Shown piece after piece: positions 37,556 through 47,369 of a stretch of 64,000 nucleotides of DNA. A program made the position numbers and the translations under genes. Source of the DNA: Spirochaetota bacterium (GTDB taxonomy: Bacteria > Spirochaetota > Spirochaetia > Treponematales > UBA12059). Where the stretch lies: the NCBI GenBank assembly GCA_031402655.1, contig JANNSO010000139.1:3120-67119 (forward strand), in the 5' to 3' direction. Numbering within the stretch: the stretch's first letter is position 1; every line of letters starts with the position of its first letter. The notes beneath the pieces are model-generated. The model did not search any database. It was not told the DNA's origin and saw nothing but the letters and a program-made list of their open reading frames with translations.

Positions 37556-39717
37556 AAAAAATAGACGTGCTCATGACGGCGTTCCGGGACGGCATACAGT
37601 CCGCTTACGGCGCCCGCGTCCTGTCCAGGGACTATATGCCCGTGGTCGAGGCTGCGGCAAAGGCGGGCGTCCGGCGCTTCGAGGCGGGCGGCGGGGCGCT
37701 GTTCCAGGCATCCGTCCTGTACTGCGGCGAAAACCCCTTCGATAGGCTCGATGCCTTCCGCCGCGCTGCCGGTCCGGAAGCCGAACTCCAGACGCTGTCC
37801 CGGGGCGCCAGCATGGTGGGCATCGAGCCGCAGAGCAGGGAAGTAATCAAGCTTTACACGAACCTGCTCAAGCGCCACGGCATCAACACTGTGCGCAATT
37901 TCGACGCGCTTAACGACAACTACAACCTCGCCGAGACAGGCAAGATAATCGTAGCGGCGTCCCTTAAGCACGAGCCGGCCATCTGCGTTACCGACCCGCC
38001 CCCCGGCTCGGCGCTCGAGGGCGTAGACACCCCCGAATATTACCAGAGCCTGCTCGTCAAGTTCCTGGAAAGCGACCTGCCCTTCAACTCGGTATGCTTC
38101 AAGGATTCCGTGGGAACCGTGCGCCCGTCCAAGGTGCGCGAAACAGTGCGACTCGCGCGCAAGCTGCTGGGCAAGGACATCTCCATAAGCTGGCACACGC
38201 ACGACACGCTTGGACTGGGCATCGCCTCCTATCTGGCCGCCATCGAGGCAGGAGCGGACCGCGTTGACCTGTCGCTCTCACCGCTATCAGGGGGCGCATG
38301 CCAGCCCGACATCATCTCGTTCTGGCACGCTTTGCGCGGCAGCGGCTTCGAGCTGGACATCGACATTAAAAAAATCCTCCAGACCGAGGAAATGCTCAAG
38401 GAAGCGCTCCGCTCCTACACCATGGTTCCCGAGGCGGAGCGTACCGACCCGCTGTCGCTCTTTTACCCGATGCCCGGCGGAGCCGTAGCTGCAAATGCAA
38501 ACCTCCTCCGCGACCAAGGCCTGTCCGCACGCTACGACGAGATTATCCACGCCCTGGGCGAGGTGTATTCCAAAGGCGGAGGCGGGGCGCCTGTAACGCC
38601 TGTAAGCCAGTATTATGTGCAGCAGGCATACGAAAACGTGCTGTATGGCGCCTGGAAACGCATCGCTCCCGGTTATGGGCGCATGGTATTAGGCTACCTG
38701 GGCACCACGCCTACGTCGCCCGACCCTGAAGTGCGCGAAATCGCTTCCAGGAGCCTGTCGCTACCGCCGGCAAGCACCGATCCCCTCTCGGCCGCAGATG
38801 CGGATCCAGCGAAAAACCTGTCGGCATTCAGGGAAAAGCTTACCAACGCGGGGATTCCCGTATATGACGAGGCCCTGGCGCTTGTTGCGCTCTGCGGCGA
38901 AAAAGGAATTAACCTGCTGAACGGCCGCGCGGTCGTTAGCCTGGCCAAGGCGGAACCTGGAATCTCCCCGGCAAGCATCGCGGCACTTCAGGCACAAACG
39001 CCTGGAACCGGGGAAAATGCCTCCGACCAGGGAGACTTTACCGTAATCCTCAACGAAAAAGTATTTGGCGTGCGATTCTCCGGCGACAACGTGAGCGTCA
39101 ATGGCGTATCGTATTCATACGCGGTGGCCGATGGCCTGGACGAGGAACTGTTGGCTAAAGGGGCACCCGGCCCGGTGGACGAAAACGATGAGGCTCTGGT
39201 GGAAACGCACGACATACGCGCATTCGCACCGGGCATGATTATCAGGCTCAACAAGCAGCTGGGCGACAAAATAGCCATCGGGGAAACCATACTTGTGCTC
39301 GAGTCCATGAGTTCCGAAATCCATGTAAACGCCAAGATTTCCGGCGTTGTGACAGAACTGCCCATTGCCTGGGGCGACCGCGTGGAAGCAGGCCAAATAT
39401 TGATGCGCGTCAACGTATTGTCGCACGGCAAGTTTGCGATGGTTTCGCGAGCAGCCGAAGGCCTTGCGCAGAAGACGCAAAACGGCCGCGTAACGGCAAT
39501 CGAGTCGCCGCTCAACGGCATCGTCCTGAAAATATACAAAAAAGCCGGCGAGCGGATTCACGCGGGCGAATCGATACTGGTTACCGAGGCCATGAAAATG
39601 GAGCAGCCCGTCAACTCGCCGATAGAAGGCGTAATCGAATCGATACTGGTTAAACAAGGCGATCAGGTAAAGCGCGGACAGATACTGGTCCAAATCGCGC
39701 CGGAAGGAGCACTATAA
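37552..39717 (+). CDS. oadA: carboxyltransferase alpha subunit (OadA/PycB-like) with two biotinyl-type domains
   Basis: FRDGIQS, RNFDALND, FKDSVG, HTHD, PMPGGA, VTPVSQ; domains LESMSSE and EAMKME. Confidence 0.85.
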   Translation: MKKIDVLMTAFRDGIQSAYGARVLSRDYMPVVEAAAKAGVRRFEAGGGALFQASVLYCGENPFDRLDAFRRAAGPEAELQTLSRGASMVGIEPQSREVIKLYTNLLKRHGINTVRNFDALNDNYNLAETGKIIVAASLKHEPAICVTDPPPGSALEGVDTPEYYQSLLVKFLESDLPFNSVCFKDSVGTVRPSKVRETVRLARKLLGKDISISWHTHDTLGLGIASYLAAIEAGADRVDLSLSPLSGGACQPDIISFWHALRGSGFELDIDIKKILQTEEMLKEALRSYTMVPEAERTDPLSLFYPMPGGAVAANANLLRDQGLSARYDEIIHALGEVYSKGGGGAPVTPVSQYYVQQAYENVLYGAWKRIAPGYGRMVLGYLGTTPTSPDPEVREIASRSLSLPPASTDPLSAADADPAKNLSAFREKLTNAGIPVYDEALALVALCGEKGINLLNGRAVVSLAKAEPGISPASIAALQAQTPGTGENASDQGDFTVILNEKVFGVRFSGDNVSVNGVSYSYAVADGLDEELLAKGAPGPVDENDEALVETHDIRAFAPGMIIRLNKQLGDKIAIGETILVLESMSSEIHVNAKISGVVTELPIAWGDRVEAGQILMRVNVLSHGKFAMVSRAAEGLAQKTQNGRVTAIESPLNGIVLKIYKKAGERIHAGESILVTEAMKMEQPVNSPIEGVIESILVKQGDQVKRGQILVQIAPEGAL

Positions 39718-39839
39718 TGGAAGGACTCGTAAAAGCCCTGGAATCCTATGGAATCGCGGCGATAATTTCCTTTGTGGTCGCCGGCCTAATCGTCCTGATA
39801 CGCAACGGGATTCAATTTATCGGCAGGAAAAAACCGTAG
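39717..39839 (+). CDS. 40-aa single-TM small protein
   Basis: MEGLVKALESYGIAAIISFVVAGLIVLIRNGIQFIGRKKP; TAATG overlap with oadA; RBS aaggag. Confidence 0.75.
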   Translation: MEGLVKALESYGIAAIISFVVAGLIVLIRNGIQFIGRKKP

Positions 39840-40002
39840 CGCCGCGTTCAATAAATGAAACGCGAATCTTCAAACTCGTAATTGACGATTTGACATAATC
39901 GGGGTAACATGTCAGCCGTCTAAAGTTACGACCATGTTTTATTAAAGACGGCAATTGGAACTTCCCAATACAGCATCAAGAGAAAAGGAGAGACCTCACC
40001 AT

Positions 40003-41346
40003 ATGTCAATGAAAACATTCCACGGCGGAGCTCATCCGCCCGAACACAAAGAGCGCAGCGCGGATTCCAGGATAGAAACGCTTACCAAAGTGTTTCAGGT
40101 CGTCATTCCGGTAAACCAGCACTTCGGCGCGCCCATCACGCCCCTCGTCGCACCAGGGGACTTCGTAAAGCGCGGCCAGAAAATCGCCGACGGCGACGGC
40201 AGGATGACCGTGCCACTGCACAGCTCGATTAGCGGCACGGTTAAAAAAATCGAGCCGCGCATGCAGGCCAACAACCTTGAGGGCCTGGCCATAATCATCG
40301 AGCAGGCGGAAAAAGACGAAACCGATTTTATGCCGATCATGGATCCGTTTGCATGCAGCATCAAGGACGCGCTCGGCCGCATACGCGAGGCGGGCATCAT
40401 CGGCAAGGGCGGCGCGGGATTCCCCACGCACATAAAGCTGGCTCCGCCGGCCGACAAGCCCATCGAGTTCGTCATCGCCAATGCGGCAGAATGCGAACCC
40501 TACCTCACCATAGACGAGCGCGTCATGGAAGAGGCTGCCAACGACTTTATCGACGGCCTGGCCATCGTTATGCGCGTCGTCGGCGCAAAAAAAGGCATCA
40601 TCGGCCTTGAAGCGAATAAAAAACACCTGGTTGCAGGACTGAACGCCGCGATCAAGGCAAAAGGCAACGATGGCATCAGGCTGCAACTGCTGGCCACCAA
40701 GTATCCCCAGGGTGGCGAAAAAATGCTGATTACGGCGCTGACCCGCCGCGAAGTTCCGTCGGGCGGTCTGCCCATGGACGTAGGCTGCGTCGTGAGCAAC
40801 GTAGGCACCTTGCGCGCCGTTTCGGAAGCCTTCCGCCTGGGCAAGCCGGTTATCGATACGGGTATTACCATCTCAGGCGGAGCCTGCGAGACCCCGAGGA
40901 ACCTTATCGTGCCCGTAGGCATGCTGGTTCAGGATCTTGTGCCGAATCACGTCAATATAATAGAAGATAAAGTGCGGCGAATCGTGATGGGCGGGCCGAT
41001 GATGGGACCAGCCGTTCCGAACATGAATATTCCGCTGCAGAAAAATACTTCCGGCGTCCTGTTCCTGGATGCGCACGAAGCCAAGACATTTGCCGAGAAT
41101 CCCTGCATTCGCTGTGGCGCATGCATGCGAGCCTGTTCGTGCCGACTGTCGCCGGCCCTGCTCAACAAGGCGCTGAATTGCGGCGACCTGGGCGAGGCTG
41201 ATGCCATTGGCATGCTGGACTGCATCGAGTGCGGCACCTGCAGCTTTGTCTGCCCGGCGCACATCCAGCTCGTCCAGCGCTTCCGCGTGGGCAAGCAGCT
41301 TGTGCGAGCCAAGAAACAGAAGGAGGCGCAGAATGCCGCTAAATAA
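40003..41346 (+). CDS. rnfC: Rnf complex subunit C
   Basis: TFHGGAHP, GKGGAGFPT, NAAECEPY, YPQGGE, two 4Fe-4S motifs. Confidence 0.95.
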   Translation: MSMKTFHGGAHPPEHKERSADSRIETLTKVFQVVIPVNQHFGAPITPLVAPGDFVKRGQKIADGDGRMTVPLHSSISGTVKKIEPRMQANNLEGLAIIIEQAEKDETDFMPIMDPFACSIKDALGRIREAGIIGKGGAGFPTHIKLAPPADKPIEFVIANAAECEPYLTIDERVMEEAANDFIDGLAIVMRVVGAKKGIIGLEANKKHLVAGLNAAIKAKGNDGIRLQLLATKYPQGGEKMLITALTRREVPSGGLPMDVGCVVSNVGTLRAVSEAFRLGKPVIDTGITISGGACETPRNLIVPVGMLVQDLVPNHVNIIEDKVRRIVMGGPMMGPAVPNMNIPLQKNTSGVLFLDAHEAKTFAENPCIRCGACMRACSCRLSPALLNKALNCGDLGEADAIGMLDCIECGTCSFVCPAHIQLVQRFRVGKQLVRAKKQKEAQNAAK

Positions 41347-42349
41347 GCTCCTGTTATCGTCCAGCCCACACGTATTTACGCCGGTAACGACACGCAAGAT
41401 AATGGCGGCGGTGATAATCGCCCTGCTGCCTTCCACCGTGTACGGCATCGTGCTGTTCGGCCTGCCCGCCCTGGGGCTCGTGCTTGTTTCCGTACTTTCG
41501 GCCGTAATCTGCGAATGGGTGTTCCGTGTCGTTACAAAGCAGGAATCCCATGTGGGAGACCTTTCCGCCATCGTAACCGGACTGCTCCTTGCCCTTATCG
41601 TGCCTCCTTCCCTCCCGCTGTGGATGGTGGGAATGGGCTCGGTGGCCGCCATACTGTTCGCCAAGGAATTCTTCGGCGGCATCGGCGCCAATCCCTTTAA
41701 CCCCGCTCTTATCGGCCGCGCCATCCTGCTTATGAGCTTTCCCGCCGCCATGACCACCTGGCATACGCCGGGAGTCGCCATAACGGTGGACGCGCTCAGT
41801 ACCACTACGCCTCTCAATGTCGTAAAACAGGGCGGCGCTGTCCTCGACGTAGCCAAAGGATTCCTGGATAACGGCCTGGCCCAAACCGGCGCTTACAACG
41901 ACATGTTGTGGACCCTGTTCATCGGCAACCGCGCAGGAAGCCTGGGCGAAAGCTCAATCCTTCTTATTCTGGTGGGCTTCGCATTTCTTCTGCTTCTCCG
42001 CGTAATCGACTTTGTCGTGCCGCTGGCCATGGTGGGAACCGCGTTCCTGCTTTCATGGGTACTGGGCATGGATCCCGTGTTCGGCGTGCTGTCCGGGGGC
42101 ATCGTGTTCGGCGCCGTGTTCATGGCAACCGATTATTCGTCCAGCCCGCTTACTCCGCTGGGCAAGGCGATCTTCGGCGCAGGAGCCGGCGCGCTTACCG
42201 TTCTGATACGCAAATTCGGCGGTTTTCCCGAGGGCGTCACCTACGGCATCCTCATCATGAATGCGGTAGCCCCATTCCTGGACAAGCTGCGCGTAAAAAA
42301 ATACGGATTCGTAAAGCCGTTAAAAGCAGCCAAGGAGGCAGGCAAATGA
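41333..42349 (+). CDS. rnfD: Rnf complex subunit D
   Basis: SSSPH, FGGIGANPFNPA, GSLGE, FMATDY. Confidence 0.95.
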   Translation: MPLNKLLLSSSPHVFTPVTTRKIMAAVIIALLPSTVYGIVLFGLPALGLVLVSVLSAVICEWVFRVVTKQESHVGDLSAIVTGLLLALIVPPSLPLWMVGMGSVAAILFAKEFFGGIGANPFNPALIGRAILLMSFPAAMTTWHTPGVAITVDALSTTTPLNVVKQGGAVLDVAKGFLDNGLAQTGAYNDMLWTLFIGNRAGSLGESSILLILVGFAFLLLLRVIDFVVPLAMVGTAFLLSWVLGMDPVFGVLSGGIVFGAVFMATDYSSSPLTPLGKAIFGAGAGALTVLIRKFGGFPEGVTYGILIMNAVAPFLDKLRVKKYGFVKPLKAAKEAGK

Positions 42350-42948
42350 AGAAAGACATCCTGCGCCTGGGTTTTTCCCTGGCTATCTTCGCCGTATTTT
42401 CCTGCGTCGCGCTCGCCGTGGTTTATACCATAACCGACCCGACCATCAGGGGACTCGAGGCAAAAAACCTCGTTGAGTCCCAGAAGAACCTGTTTCCCGA
42501 TGCCGATACCTTCACCGATATTTCTGGCGGCCTGAAATCGTCGGACGCCGGCGTCAGCTTCGACGGCGCCTGGAAGGCCTCCCGCGGCGACACTGTAATG
42601 GGCGTAATAATCAAGGCCAAAGGCAAAAGCTATGGCGGCGACGCCGTCGTCCTCGCAGGAGTCGGAACCGACAGGCGAATCATCGGGGTAAGAATTCTTA
42701 ACCTGATAGACACGCCCGGCCTCGGAGCCAACGCGCTCAGCCCCACGTACTTCGTGGACAAAAGCTCCAAGACAACATTCCCCGGCCAGTTCGCAGGCAA
42801 GCCGGTATCGGATCCCTTTACGGTAAAGGATGACGTCATCGCGATAAGCGCAAGCACGATCACCAGCAAGGCCATTACCGTGATCATCAAGGCTGCGAGC
42901 GGCGCCGGCACACTCTGGCTTGAAGCCAACGCCGCGGGAGGCAAGTAA
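42346..42948 (+). CDS. rnfG: Rnf complex subunit G (FMN-binding)
   Basis: N-terminal TM, SYGG, DTPGLG, ISASTITS; ATG after aaggagg. Confidence 0.9.
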   Translation: MKKDILRLGFSLAIFAVFSCVALAVVYTITDPTIRGLEAKNLVESQKNLFPDADTFTDISGGLKSSDAGVSFDGAWKASRGDTVMGVIIKAKGKSYGGDAVVLAGVGTDRRIIGVRILNLIDTPGLGANALSPTYFVDKSSKTTFPGQFAGKPVSDPFTVKDDVIAISASTITSKAITVIIKAASGAGTLWLEANAAGGK

Positions 42949-43601
42949 TGTCGAAGTTCACCAAAGAAATATCACGACTTGGAACCTTGTTCGGCAAAGG
43001 GCTCATAACCGAGAATCCGCTCCTGATGCTCATGATAGGCCTGTGCTCAGCCCTCGCCGTAACCACCAGCGTGGCCAACGGAATAGGCATGGGCATCGCC
43101 ATGACATTCGTCAACGTATTCGCCGAACTGGTTATATCCCTCTTCCGCAAGGTAATCCCCAACGACGCGCGCATACCGATATTCATCATCGTAATCGCCG
43201 CGTTTACCACCATCGTGGACCTGGTCATGAAGGCCTACTTCCCCGACCTATCCAAGGCCATGGGCGTGTTCATCCCGCTTATCGTGGTAAACTGCATCAT
43301 CATGGGACGCGTGGAAGCCTTCGCGTACAAGGAAAAACCGATAGACGCCATCGTGGACGGAATAGGCATGGGCCTGGGATACACCTGGGTGCTCGTGGGC
43401 ATCGCGGCCCTTCGCGAAATCCTCGGCAATGGAACTTTTCTTAACATCCAGATCATGCCGCAGTCGTTCCAGCCCATACTGTTCTTTACCCTCCCGCCCG
43501 GAGGATTCATCGTGTTCGCGCTGTTCATCTCGCTGAACATCTGGCTGAACAAGCTCAAGATCAAGGCCGAAAGCGCCAAGCTCGCAAAGGAGGCCGCATG
43601 A
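42948..43601 (+). CDS. rnfE: Rnf complex subunit E
   Basis: ENP...GLCSALAV, IPLIVVNCII, REILGNG, LPPGGF. Confidence 0.95.
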   Translation: MSKFTKEISRLGTLFGKGLITENPLLMLMIGLCSALAVTTSVANGIGMGIAMTFVNVFAELVISLFRKVIPNDARIPIFIIVIAAFTTIVDLVMKAYFPDLSKAMGVFIPLIVVNCIIMGRVEAFAYKEKPIDAIVDGIGMGLGYTWVLVGIAALREILGNGTFLNIQIMPQSFQPILFFTLPPGGFIVFALFISLNIWLNKLKIKAESAKLAKEAA

Positions 43602-44176
43602 ACAGCCTTGCAACGATTTTTCTCGCGTCGATACTCGTAGAGAACGTGGTGCTGATGCGCTTCCTGGCGCTGTGCTCATACGTAGGCATGACGAGCGACG
43701 TAAACCAGTCGGTGGGCATGGGTTTCGCCGTTACCTTCGTGACGGTGCTCGCAACCGCCGTTACCTGGCCGCTGTTCCATTTCGTGCTCGTGCCGCTGCA
43801 CATCGAGTTCCTGCAGATACTCGTGTTCATACTCGTAATAGCGGCGCTGGTGCAGCTGGTGGAATTCTACCTGAAGAAGAACGTGCCCGGGCTGTACGCG
43901 GCAATGGGCATCTACCTCCCGCTGATAACGACGAACTGCGCCATCCTGGCGGTAACTTTCGATAACATCACGCGCAAGTACAACATGGCGCAGTCCATCG
44001 TATACGCTGTGGGGGTATCGCTTGGCTACATGCTGGCGATGGTGCTCCTGGCCGGAATCCGCGACCGCATCAAGGCCAGCCCCGTGCCCAAATTCCTGCA
44101 GGGCACGCCGATACTGTTCGTGGCGACGGCTCTTATTACGGTTGCCTTCATGGGCTTTGCCGGAATGATAAAGTGA
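43598..44176 (+). CDS. rnfA: Rnf complex subunit A
   Basis: FLALC, LVQLVE, YLPLITTNCAIL. Confidence 0.95.
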   Translation: MNSLATIFLASILVENVVLMRFLALCSYVGMTSDVNQSVGMGFAVTFVTVLATAVTWPLFHFVLVPLHIEFLQILVFILVIAALVQLVEFYLKKNVPGLYAAMGIYLPLITTNCAILAVTFDNITRKYNMAQSIVYAVGVSLGYMLAMVLLAGIRDRIKASPVPKFLQGTPILFVATALITVAFMGFAGMIK

Positions 44177-44186
44177 GGGTAGGCGC

Positions 44187-45011
44187 ATGAGCATAATATT
44201 GATTACACTTGTTTTTTCCGTTCTGCTGGCATTTGGGCTCGGCGCGGCTCTCGGCTTTTTTAAAGCCAAATTCGCCGTAGCCCGCGACCCCAAGATAGAC
44301 GAGGTTCGCAGCGCATTGCCCGGCGTAAACTGCGGCGGCTGCGGATATCCGGGCTGCGACAGCTACGCCGAAGCGGTGGCTACGGGCAGAGCGCCCGTAA
44401 CAAAATGCGCCCCGGGGGGCAAGCACGCCGCCGAAAAACTCGCTGCGATGATGGGCGTCAGCGCCACCGCCGAGGACATCGTCGCCGTGTTGGCTTGCCA
44501 GGGACACAAGGAAGCTGCCGGAGTCAAAGGCGAATACACGGGCGTGGAAACCTGCCGCGCAGCCAAGCTCTCCACCGGTGGAACCAAGCTTTGCCCCTGG
44601 GGATGCCTTGGTTTCGGCGACTGCGTCAAAGTCTGCATGTTCGACGCCTTGGCTATGGGCGACGATGGCTTACCCCACGTGGACTATAACCAATGCACAG
44701 GCTGCGGCATGTGCTGCCAGGAGTGCCCACAGCAGATACTGCTTACCGTGCCGCGCGCCCGCAAGGGTTCGGTCGTTGTATGCAGCAACCATGCGGTAGT
44801 CAAGTCGACGGTGATAAAAAGCTGCAAGGTCGGCTGCATCAAATGCGAGCTTTGCGTAAAATCATGCCCGGAAAACTGCATAAGCATGGTAAACGGCATA
44901 CCCATAACAGATTATGCGAAATGCACCTCCTGTGGTGTCTGTGTGCAAAAATGCCCAACGAAATGCTATAAATTGATCGAAACGGATTTGGTGGCAGGAG
45001 CTACGGCCTAA
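44187..45011 (+). CDS. rnfB: Rnf complex subunit B
   Basis: LPGVNCGGCGYPGC plus polyferredoxin motifs. Confidence 0.95.
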   Translation: MSIILITLVFSVLLAFGLGAALGFFKAKFAVARDPKIDEVRSALPGVNCGGCGYPGCDSYAEAVATGRAPVTKCAPGGKHAAEKLAAMMGVSATAEDIVAVLACQGHKEAAGVKGEYTGVETCRAAKLSTGGTKLCPWGCLGFGDCVKVCMFDALAMGDDGLPHVDYNQCTGCGMCCQECPQQILLTVPRARKGSVVVCSNHAVVKSTVIKSCKVGCIKCELCVKSCPENCISMVNGIPITDYAKCTSCGVCVQKCPTKCYKLIETDLVAGATA

Positions 45012-45015
45012 CGAG

Positions 45016-45051
45016 AAAAAATCCTTCCGGCTTACCGGAAGGATTTTTTTT
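45016..45051. terminator. bidirectional intrinsic terminator
   Basis: aaaaaatccttccgg-ctta-ccggaaggattttttt between convergent genes. Confidence 0.88.
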
Positions 45052-45064
45052 GGCCTGAAGCGGC

Positions 45065-45697
45065 TCAGCGCTCCCGACGATTGTTCTCGACGACGAATTG
45101 TTCCCCAAGGACTACGTGCTCATGAGTTTTGGCGCTGGTTGCGGCATAGCGTATCGTTTCGTTTTTCAGATAGCGCGCGATATTTGCGTCAAAATCATCC
45201 AGTGAAATTCCCAAATGCGAATTTACCCAGGCTCGCATGTCTTCGATGCTCACCTTGTAGCCGCCATCGAATATTTTTTCTCCCCCGCGCAGCGCGAAGT
45301 CCACCATGCCGTGCGCTACCCGCTCCCGAGGTATAGTCTCTATCAAATCGGAAATTTGGGTATTGGAAGACCGGATGCGCGCGGAAAGTGTCTTGATTAT
45401 GGTAAGGGCGAATTTCGGATTAGTAAGAACCATGTTGTCGAATACCGCTTCGTCCACGGCGATAAGCCTGCTTTTTTGCGATGTGATCGCCGTAGCCGAC
45501 CTTGGCCTCTCGTCGATGATGGCCATTTCCCCGAAAAACTCGTTGGGTGTCTTAACGACCTTGAGAACTGTTTCTCCGCCTTCAACTTTTTTCCGTAGCT
45601 CCACGCATCCTTCGACAAGAATGTACATGATCTGACCTTTGTCGCCTTCCTTGAAAATAACTTCACCGGCCTCGAAATATTTACTGTTTGCATCCAT
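45065..45697 (-). CDS. Crp/Fnr-family cyclic-nucleotide-binding regulator
   Basis: IFKEGD, FFGEMAIIDERPRSATA. Confidence 0.85.
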   Translation of the reverse strand: MDANSKYFEAGEVIFKEGDKGQIMYILVEGCVELRKKVEGGETVLKVVKTPNEFFGEMAIIDERPRSATAITSQKSRLIAVDEAVFDNMVLTNPKFALTIIKTLSARIRSSNTQISDLIETIPRERVAHGMVDFALRGGEKIFDGGYKVSIEDMRAWVNSHLGISLDDFDANIARYLKNETIRYAATSAKTHEHVVLGEQFVVENNRRER

Positions 45698-45823
45698 AAG
45701 TCGAATGGTAAACTATACGAGGCGGAAATGCAAATTACGATAACGATTTTCTAGCCGCGGCACTTTGAATTTGACATAATGCATATTGAGTTCTACTCTT
45801 GTGTTGACAACGGTATATCATAT

Positions 45824-45861
45824 GGGGACCTTTGTTAACCTTGTTGGTTTTTGAGGTACCC
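45824..45861. repeat. 38-bp hairpin mini-element (copy of 1119-1156) with ATAT duplication
   Basis: atat-ggggacctttgttaaccttgttggtttttgaggtaccc-atat. Confidence 0.72.
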
Positions 45862-45922
45862 ATATGCAATTATCAATGGCCAACAGCTCCAGGCTCAGAT
45901 TTCAAACCAAAAGGATGAACCA

Positions 45923-47353
45923 ATGAAAAGAAGTAAAATCACCGTAACGATGACCCTGGCCTTTTTCGTGCTTGCCGCTTCAAATTTGCCTGCCCAGCCG
46001 GAAGTCTCCAGCGTCGTTACACTGGCGGCATTTGAGGGAACCATCCAAATATTCGCCAACAATGAGCCGCTAAAAATTAAAATCGGCATGAACCTGGCCA
46101 AAACCGCCATAATTCGTGCCGTTGGCGGAACAGCCTTGCTTTATTTTCCCGAAGAATCGCTGTACGGTGTCATAAAGGACGGCGCTGGCAGGCCTGAAAA
46201 TTGCCTTAAGCGCGCGATAAGCGACTCCGACCTTGTACGCATCACGAACAAAACCGCGAACATTCTGGACGTTTTTTTGGCATCGTCGCATCCAGAGGAA
46301 GCGACGCTACCGAAGGAAGCGACGCTTCCAGCAGCCGGTAATTCCTCGGCGCTTACCGCAGCTGCAAATATCAACCTCGTCCTGATATTGGATGCTTCTA
46401 CATCCATGAGAAATGTATTCCCCGAGATGCAGGACTATGTTTTCTCGCTGGTTATGGAACAGCATCTCAAGACCGGCGATTTTCTGTCGCTGTTCGTCTT
46501 TGGCGCTGAAACCGCCAAGGTGTACGCCGCTACGCTCGACCTGCCAAAAGACCGGGAGACCTTGAGACAGGCGATTTTCGGCATCAAACCCTCGCAACTC
46601 GCCACCGACATCGGCGCGATGCTCGCAGAGCTGCAAGTTTTTATAACCAGCGAAAAGCTGCCCAACAAAAAAACGGTAATTATCTGGGCAACGGACGGCA
46701 AGAACAACCCCTTCCCCAACTCTCCCTGGGCAGGCAAGGATATCTACCAGCCTACGGCCTTTGCGGCATATAGAATAGTCAAAAGCGCGGAATATAAAGT
46801 CCTGCTCCTTTCCATAGGCACCGACGCTACGGCAGCCCAGTCGCTGGGCGGCCCGTTGGGCGGCGAAGTCGTAAAGTTAAGCGCCGACGCAAAGGCAGGC
46901 GCGCTGGGATCGCTGCTGGCTGGTTTTGCGGAGTCCATAGAGCTCGTCGTGCCGCAATCCATAAGCAGGATCGCCAAACTGGACACCCGGATTTCGCTGG
47001 GATTTCTTTCCACCTATAAAGAAGCAAAAACCATCAACATCGAGAGAATCCTTGTTTCGGTGGACGGATCCGCAAAAACATCCATAGTACCGGAAAATCG
47101 TTTGGTTAAAATAAACGCCATGGACCAGGAAATCGCCGGCTACAAACTAGCCTTGCCAGGCAAGCTCACAAAAGGAGAACACGTCCTGGAAATCGAATTG
47201 GTTACCGAAGGCAACAAAGTGATGAAATCATTACAGCATGTTAAATTCACCTATGCGCCTTTCGATTACGCGCTGGCTATCTCGGCATCCGCGGGCGCCG
47301 CCCTTATCCTCATTCTGCTAATCGCGCTCAAGCGGCGGAAACACAAGGCCTAG
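45923..47353 (+). CDS. membrane-anchored vWA domain protein
   Basis: Signal peptide; MIDAS DASTS, TDIG, ATDG; C-terminal TM plus basic tail. Confidence 0.85.
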   Translation: MKRSKITVTMTLAFFVLAASNLPAQPEVSSVVTLAAFEGTIQIFANNEPLKIKIGMNLAKTAIIRAVGGTALLYFPEESLYGVIKDGAGRPENCLKRAISDSDLVRITNKTANILDVFLASSHPEEATLPKEATLPAAGNSSALTAAANINLVLILDASTSMRNVFPEMQDYVFSLVMEQHLKTGDFLSLFVFGAETAKVYAATLDLPKDRETLRQAIFGIKPSQLATDIGAMLAELQVFITSEKLPNKKTVIIWATDGKNNPFPNSPWAGKDIYQPTAFAAYRIVKSAEYKVLLLSIGTDATAAQSLGGPLGGEVVKLSADAKAGALGSLLAGFAESIELVVPQSISRIAKLDTRISLGFLSTYKEAKTINIERILVSVDGSAKTSIVPENRLVKINAMDQEIAGYKLALPGKLTKGEHVLEIELVTEGNKVMKSLQHVKFTYAPFDYALAISASAGAALILILLIALKRRKHKA

Positions 47354-47369
47354 GGCAAGGTTCAGGCCT

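Noticed and set aside
41908-42345. Long N-terminal extension of rnfG
   Set aside because: Overlaps rnfD out of frame; the RBS supports ATG 42346
37450-44507. Many long antisense and alternate-frame ORFs over oad/rnf (also over murA, 29954-30982 and 60947-62215)
   Set aside because: Shadow ORFs of GC3-rich real genes
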